From Eledone cirrhosa (lineage: Eukaryota): 64,000 nt of DNA. Shown here in pieces: positions 60,240 to 64,000 of this stretch. Made by a program: the position numbers and the translations under genes. The notes beneath the pieces were generated by a model, which was not told the origin of the DNA, did no database searches, and worked only from the letters and a program-made list of their open reading frames with translations. Each line of letters begins with the position of its first letter. The stretch's first letter is position 1. The DNA is taken from contig OZ024743.1 in assembly GCA_964016885.1 (NCBI GenBank), forward strand, positions 214,086,001 to 214,150,000, written 5' to 3'.

Positions 60240-60505
60240 CGTAATATTGCTCTGACCGATCGACAATATCTCAGACTGCATTTCCTTGCTGAGCGTGATG
60301 GACTTAGTGAAATCGGAGGGAGGAAAAATATTTCCATTGCTCTTTCCATTGCTAATACTATCTATCAGTCGCATCTCCTGGCAGGAAGGAGCAACATGAA
60401 AGAAAATGTCTTGCTCAAGGTCACAACGCATCACCCATTCCGAGAATGGAACTCACAACCTCGCAATTGCGCATCCAAATCTCTAAGCACTAACCCACGC
60501 GCTTT
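60240..60505 (-). mobile_element. tRNA-derived SINE family 2
   Basis: Homologous to 43240-43410. Confidence 0.6.
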
Positions 60506-60974
60506 CATGAAACGTAATATATAAAAGAAAAAGGATTTGTTTCCTTTATGTTTACATAATATTTGATAACTTGTAGCAGTCATAGAATATATTGCTGATA
60601 GGTATTGTTTTATATAATATTACATGCAAGAAACCATCTAAGTTATAGCCCAAAAGGGCTATAAATGCTATAAGTGAGAAGGAAAGCGCAAGGATTGTTA
60701 GGCAAAGAAAGACAGAAAGGGGAAGGGGAGACGGTGACAGACTCTGAACGTAAGTCCAAGTGGTGTTTCGCCTGCGCCAAACAGACAAATTGGGAAAGGC
60801 GTTTACACGAGCAATGGCCAGTTTCGTCCGCTGCAATTATTTCTATTCTAACGCACACATCAGTCAAATATACAAATAACAACAGCGACAATTTCATATT
60901 TTGAAATCATAGTATTATAAAAAAAATAACAGTATAAAAAAAGAAACTGTTATAAAAGTATTATTAATGAATAA

Positions 60975-61165
60975 GACCGGTGGCTTGGCAGTAACGGTAG
61001 AGTGTCAGACACAATGCTTTGCAGCATAGAGTTATTGCCCTCTTCGTTCTGAGTTCAAATCCCGCCGAGTTAACTTTGCCTTTCATCCTTACGGGGATCG
61101 ATAAAATAAAGTACCAGTAATACACTGGAAAATTGCTGGCCTTGTGCCACAGGTAGAAACAATTA
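60975..61165 (+). mobile_element. Meta-type SINE, near full length
   Basis: A box tggcagtaacgg, B box gagttcaaatcc, Meta domain, (AAT) tail. Confidence 0.85.
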
Positions 61166-61327
61166 ATAATGATTATATATGTAAAGGGCATGCATTAGAC
61201 ATCTAAGTGGTGCCATCATGTTCGGCAACGCACGAACCGGGGGGATAAGAGAGTATACGTTATCACAGTAGATGCTGAGAACGTACACACACAGGAGTCC
61301 AAAGACAAACAGATATTTGTTCTTAAA

Positions 61328-61650
61328 TAATTGTTTCTACTTTCGGGACAAGATCAGCAATTATCCCAGTACATTACTGGTACTTTATTTTATGGACCCC
61401 GTAAGGATGAAAGGCAAAGTTCACCTCGGCGGGATTTGAACTCAGACCATAAAGGGACGTAATTCTATGCTGGAAAGCATGGTGTCCGACCCTCTAATAA
61501 TTGTTTCTACTTTTGGCACAAGGCCAGGAGTTACCAAGTTCATTACTGGTACTTTATTTTATCGACCCCGTAAGGATGAAAGGCAAAGTTAACCTCGGCG
61601 GGATTTGAACTCAGACCTTAAAGGACCGTAACTCTATGTTGCAAAGCAAT
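61328..61650 (-). mobile_element. Tandem pair of Meta-type SINEs (61328-61495 and 61498-61650)
   Basis: Direct comparison with 60975-61165. Confidence 0.85.
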
Positions 61651-61679
61651 AATGAGCCAGCTTCAGCATTCAGTAATCA

Positions 61680-62135
61680 GAAGGGAGGTGGGCGTATAAT
61701 CCAAACACGCTACCTATTCGTGCCATCGCTTACATGTACTCATGAATCTTGGGTAATGATCGCAACAATACGATTGCAAAAATAAGCGGCCGAAATGAGG
61801 TTCCTCCGATGGTCTTTGGAGTAATGTTATTTGATTGAGTGCGTAGATCGAAGATCAGAGATTCACTCCATGTAGAGCAGCTACTTCTCCGAATTGAGAG
61901 ATCACAGCTGCGATTCCATGTGTGTGTGGCTAGAATGTCTCAGGAAAGAATCACTGGACAGGTTTTACGAGCTAATCCAGCCAGCAGGAGACCCAGGGAT
62001 AGACCTGAACAAGAGGTCTGGATGATATCAATGAGCTTGGCTGGTCTCACTTGGAGATCCAGCCGGATCAGTTGGAGACAGTGCGTGAGGACACTTCCAC
62101 CACGACAATCTCTGGAATATGTGGACGATGTCTAA
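61680..62135 (+). mobile_element. RTE-type LINE 3' fragment
   Basis: HESWVM, IRDSLHVEQLLLRIERSQLR..RMSQERI..RRPRDRP. Confidence 0.7.
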
Positions 62136-63434
62136 GAACAACATATCTGTAATATTCGTGTGATAATTCACGCAAATGAACTATATGAATATATATAATG
62201 TTTTACAGATGTGGCATTCAACATAGTCATTAGGAAAATGAAATGGCAGTTTGAAAATTCTGATTCCAAGATGATTTGCACTGAATTAAAAAATTGTATT
62301 ACTATTTATTCTCATGCTCTTTTAATCATATCGGTGCTTTGTTTTTCGTTATGCAGTAGTTGAGAGAGTTGTCGTTTTCTCGGTTTTTGGTATTCGATAA
62401 TTCAGTAATTAGATCACTAAAGTTGAAATTCAATTTACGTGTAAATCGTTTTAATTATACCCGCTCAATTCTCGACACGTCACAAGATTTTATGCCAATG
62501 ATTGAATACATTGCGTCAAAACAGACAAGTAGAAAAACAAGAAAAGGATTAACAACACCCGGGTAAAGAGACAAAAGCAAATAACACGTAAACAACAAAA
62601 AACTATATTACACTTTTGAATAGGGTAGTAGGAAAAAATATAAACACATTATAAATATATAACGGTAAATCTGCTTATTTAATTTCCTATTGTAAAGATA
62701 TCGCAGTTGCACGAATAAAATTAATGGATGCTGTTTCGACAGCATATAATAAATATTTATTGCAATCTGGTTATATCCCTGTCATACGATTGCATAGAGA
62801 TTGAGAAAAATTTTCAATCGTAATTACATTTCTTTTAATGACAGATTTATTGCTTGGAATAATGTTTATACCTGTGTGCTGTGATTTGCATTCACAATGA
62901 TCAGGGAGTAATTTGAAAAGTAAGACTTAGCATATTATCATGTGTACACACACACACTCACACACACACACACACACGTACACACACGTACAGACACACA
63001 CACACATACACACACACATACATATATATATATATACAAGTAAGTGATGTAGAGTAGAAATATCCGTAGGTATGAAAACGGAAGAAGGAAAGCAGTAGTC
63101 AATCAGGAAAACAGTAGTCAATCAGGTATGAAAGCTGATATGTTATATTGTTTATTTATGTTGATACACAGAACAAAAGCGCTAGTTATACCTCATGTTT
63201 CAATCCCAAAAAATTGCGCATAACTCCAGATTGTAAGAGGGATCAAAATTGTGACCGAATCGTCAGGCGCTGAGACTTGTTAGATAAGGTAAAAATTCTT
63301 ATCCGTCTTAGAATCTGGTGATATGGTCAATATTCGGCTTTGAAACCTTAGGTAGCGCTTTAGTTCCGTGTATGAATAAAAGTAAATAATATGATATGAT
63401 CTGATATGATACACACACACACATATATATATAT

Positions 63435-63583
63435 ATGGACTTGAGAGAAACTAGTGGGGCAGTTACAAGCGTAGACAATGATGCAACCAGAAGTTTATGG
63501 TTCTGATTTTGGGAGTAGATGGTGGAAGTGTGATATATGCAGATGGTGAGACTGGTGGCAGTGCAATGCAAACACACACACTT

Positions 63584-63661
<78 letters not shown>

Positions 63662-63810
63662 AAGTGTGTGTGTTTGCATTGCACTGCCACCAGTCTCACC
63701 ATCTGCATATATCACACTTCCACCATCTACTCCCAAAATCAGAACCATAAACTTCTGGTTGCATCATAGTCTACGCTTGTAACTGCCCCACTAGTTTCTC
63801 TCAAGTCCAT
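63435..63810. repeat. Near-perfect 376-bp palindrome centred on (TA)n
   Basis: Arms are reverse complements with one visible mismatch (agacaatg vs agactatg). Confidence 0.95.
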
Positions 63811-64000
63811 CATCTCTGCCCTAGTAGCTGCCCTCGCGTCCCACATCTTCAACTCTTTTCTACTCCCATCTGGCCAAGCCCACTCTTTTTCAGCCTCGAC
63901 ATATATGTTCATTTCCAATGCTAAACTCCTCCGTGGCCTCTAAAACTTTCTCAACCTTCGCTTTTCTCTCAACTCTCTAATGCCACTCTCCGCCACCTTG

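Noticed and set aside
60975-61070. tRNA-like A and B boxes
   Set aside because: SINE heads, with no full cloverleaf.

Overview
AT-rich eukaryotic, repeat-dense DNA, probably intronic or intergenic. The SINE families and the (TA)n/(CA)n load suggest a cephalopod such as octopus (inference). No host gene is confidently identified, only one or two exon-like stretches. The window is dominated by decayed retroelements: several Penelope-like element (PLE) families (RT plus C-terminal GIY-YIG) inserted in (TA)n, two R4/Dong-type RLE LINEs in (AAT)n, a Tx1/L1-type LINE, CRE- and RTE-type fragments, two tRNA-derived SINE families and non-autonomous Helitrons. The most striking unannotated signal is about 20 type I hammerhead ribozyme (HHR) motifs, read by eye, in at least 7 sequence families. 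Most have palindromic, probably dimer-requiring stem III, and some have a covariant U3-A8 core. They sit in head-to-head inverted PLE termini whose two arms differ by a constant 3' tail, and several inversion junctions fall in the ribozyme core. All folding, alignments and identities were judged by eye and need computational confirmation.
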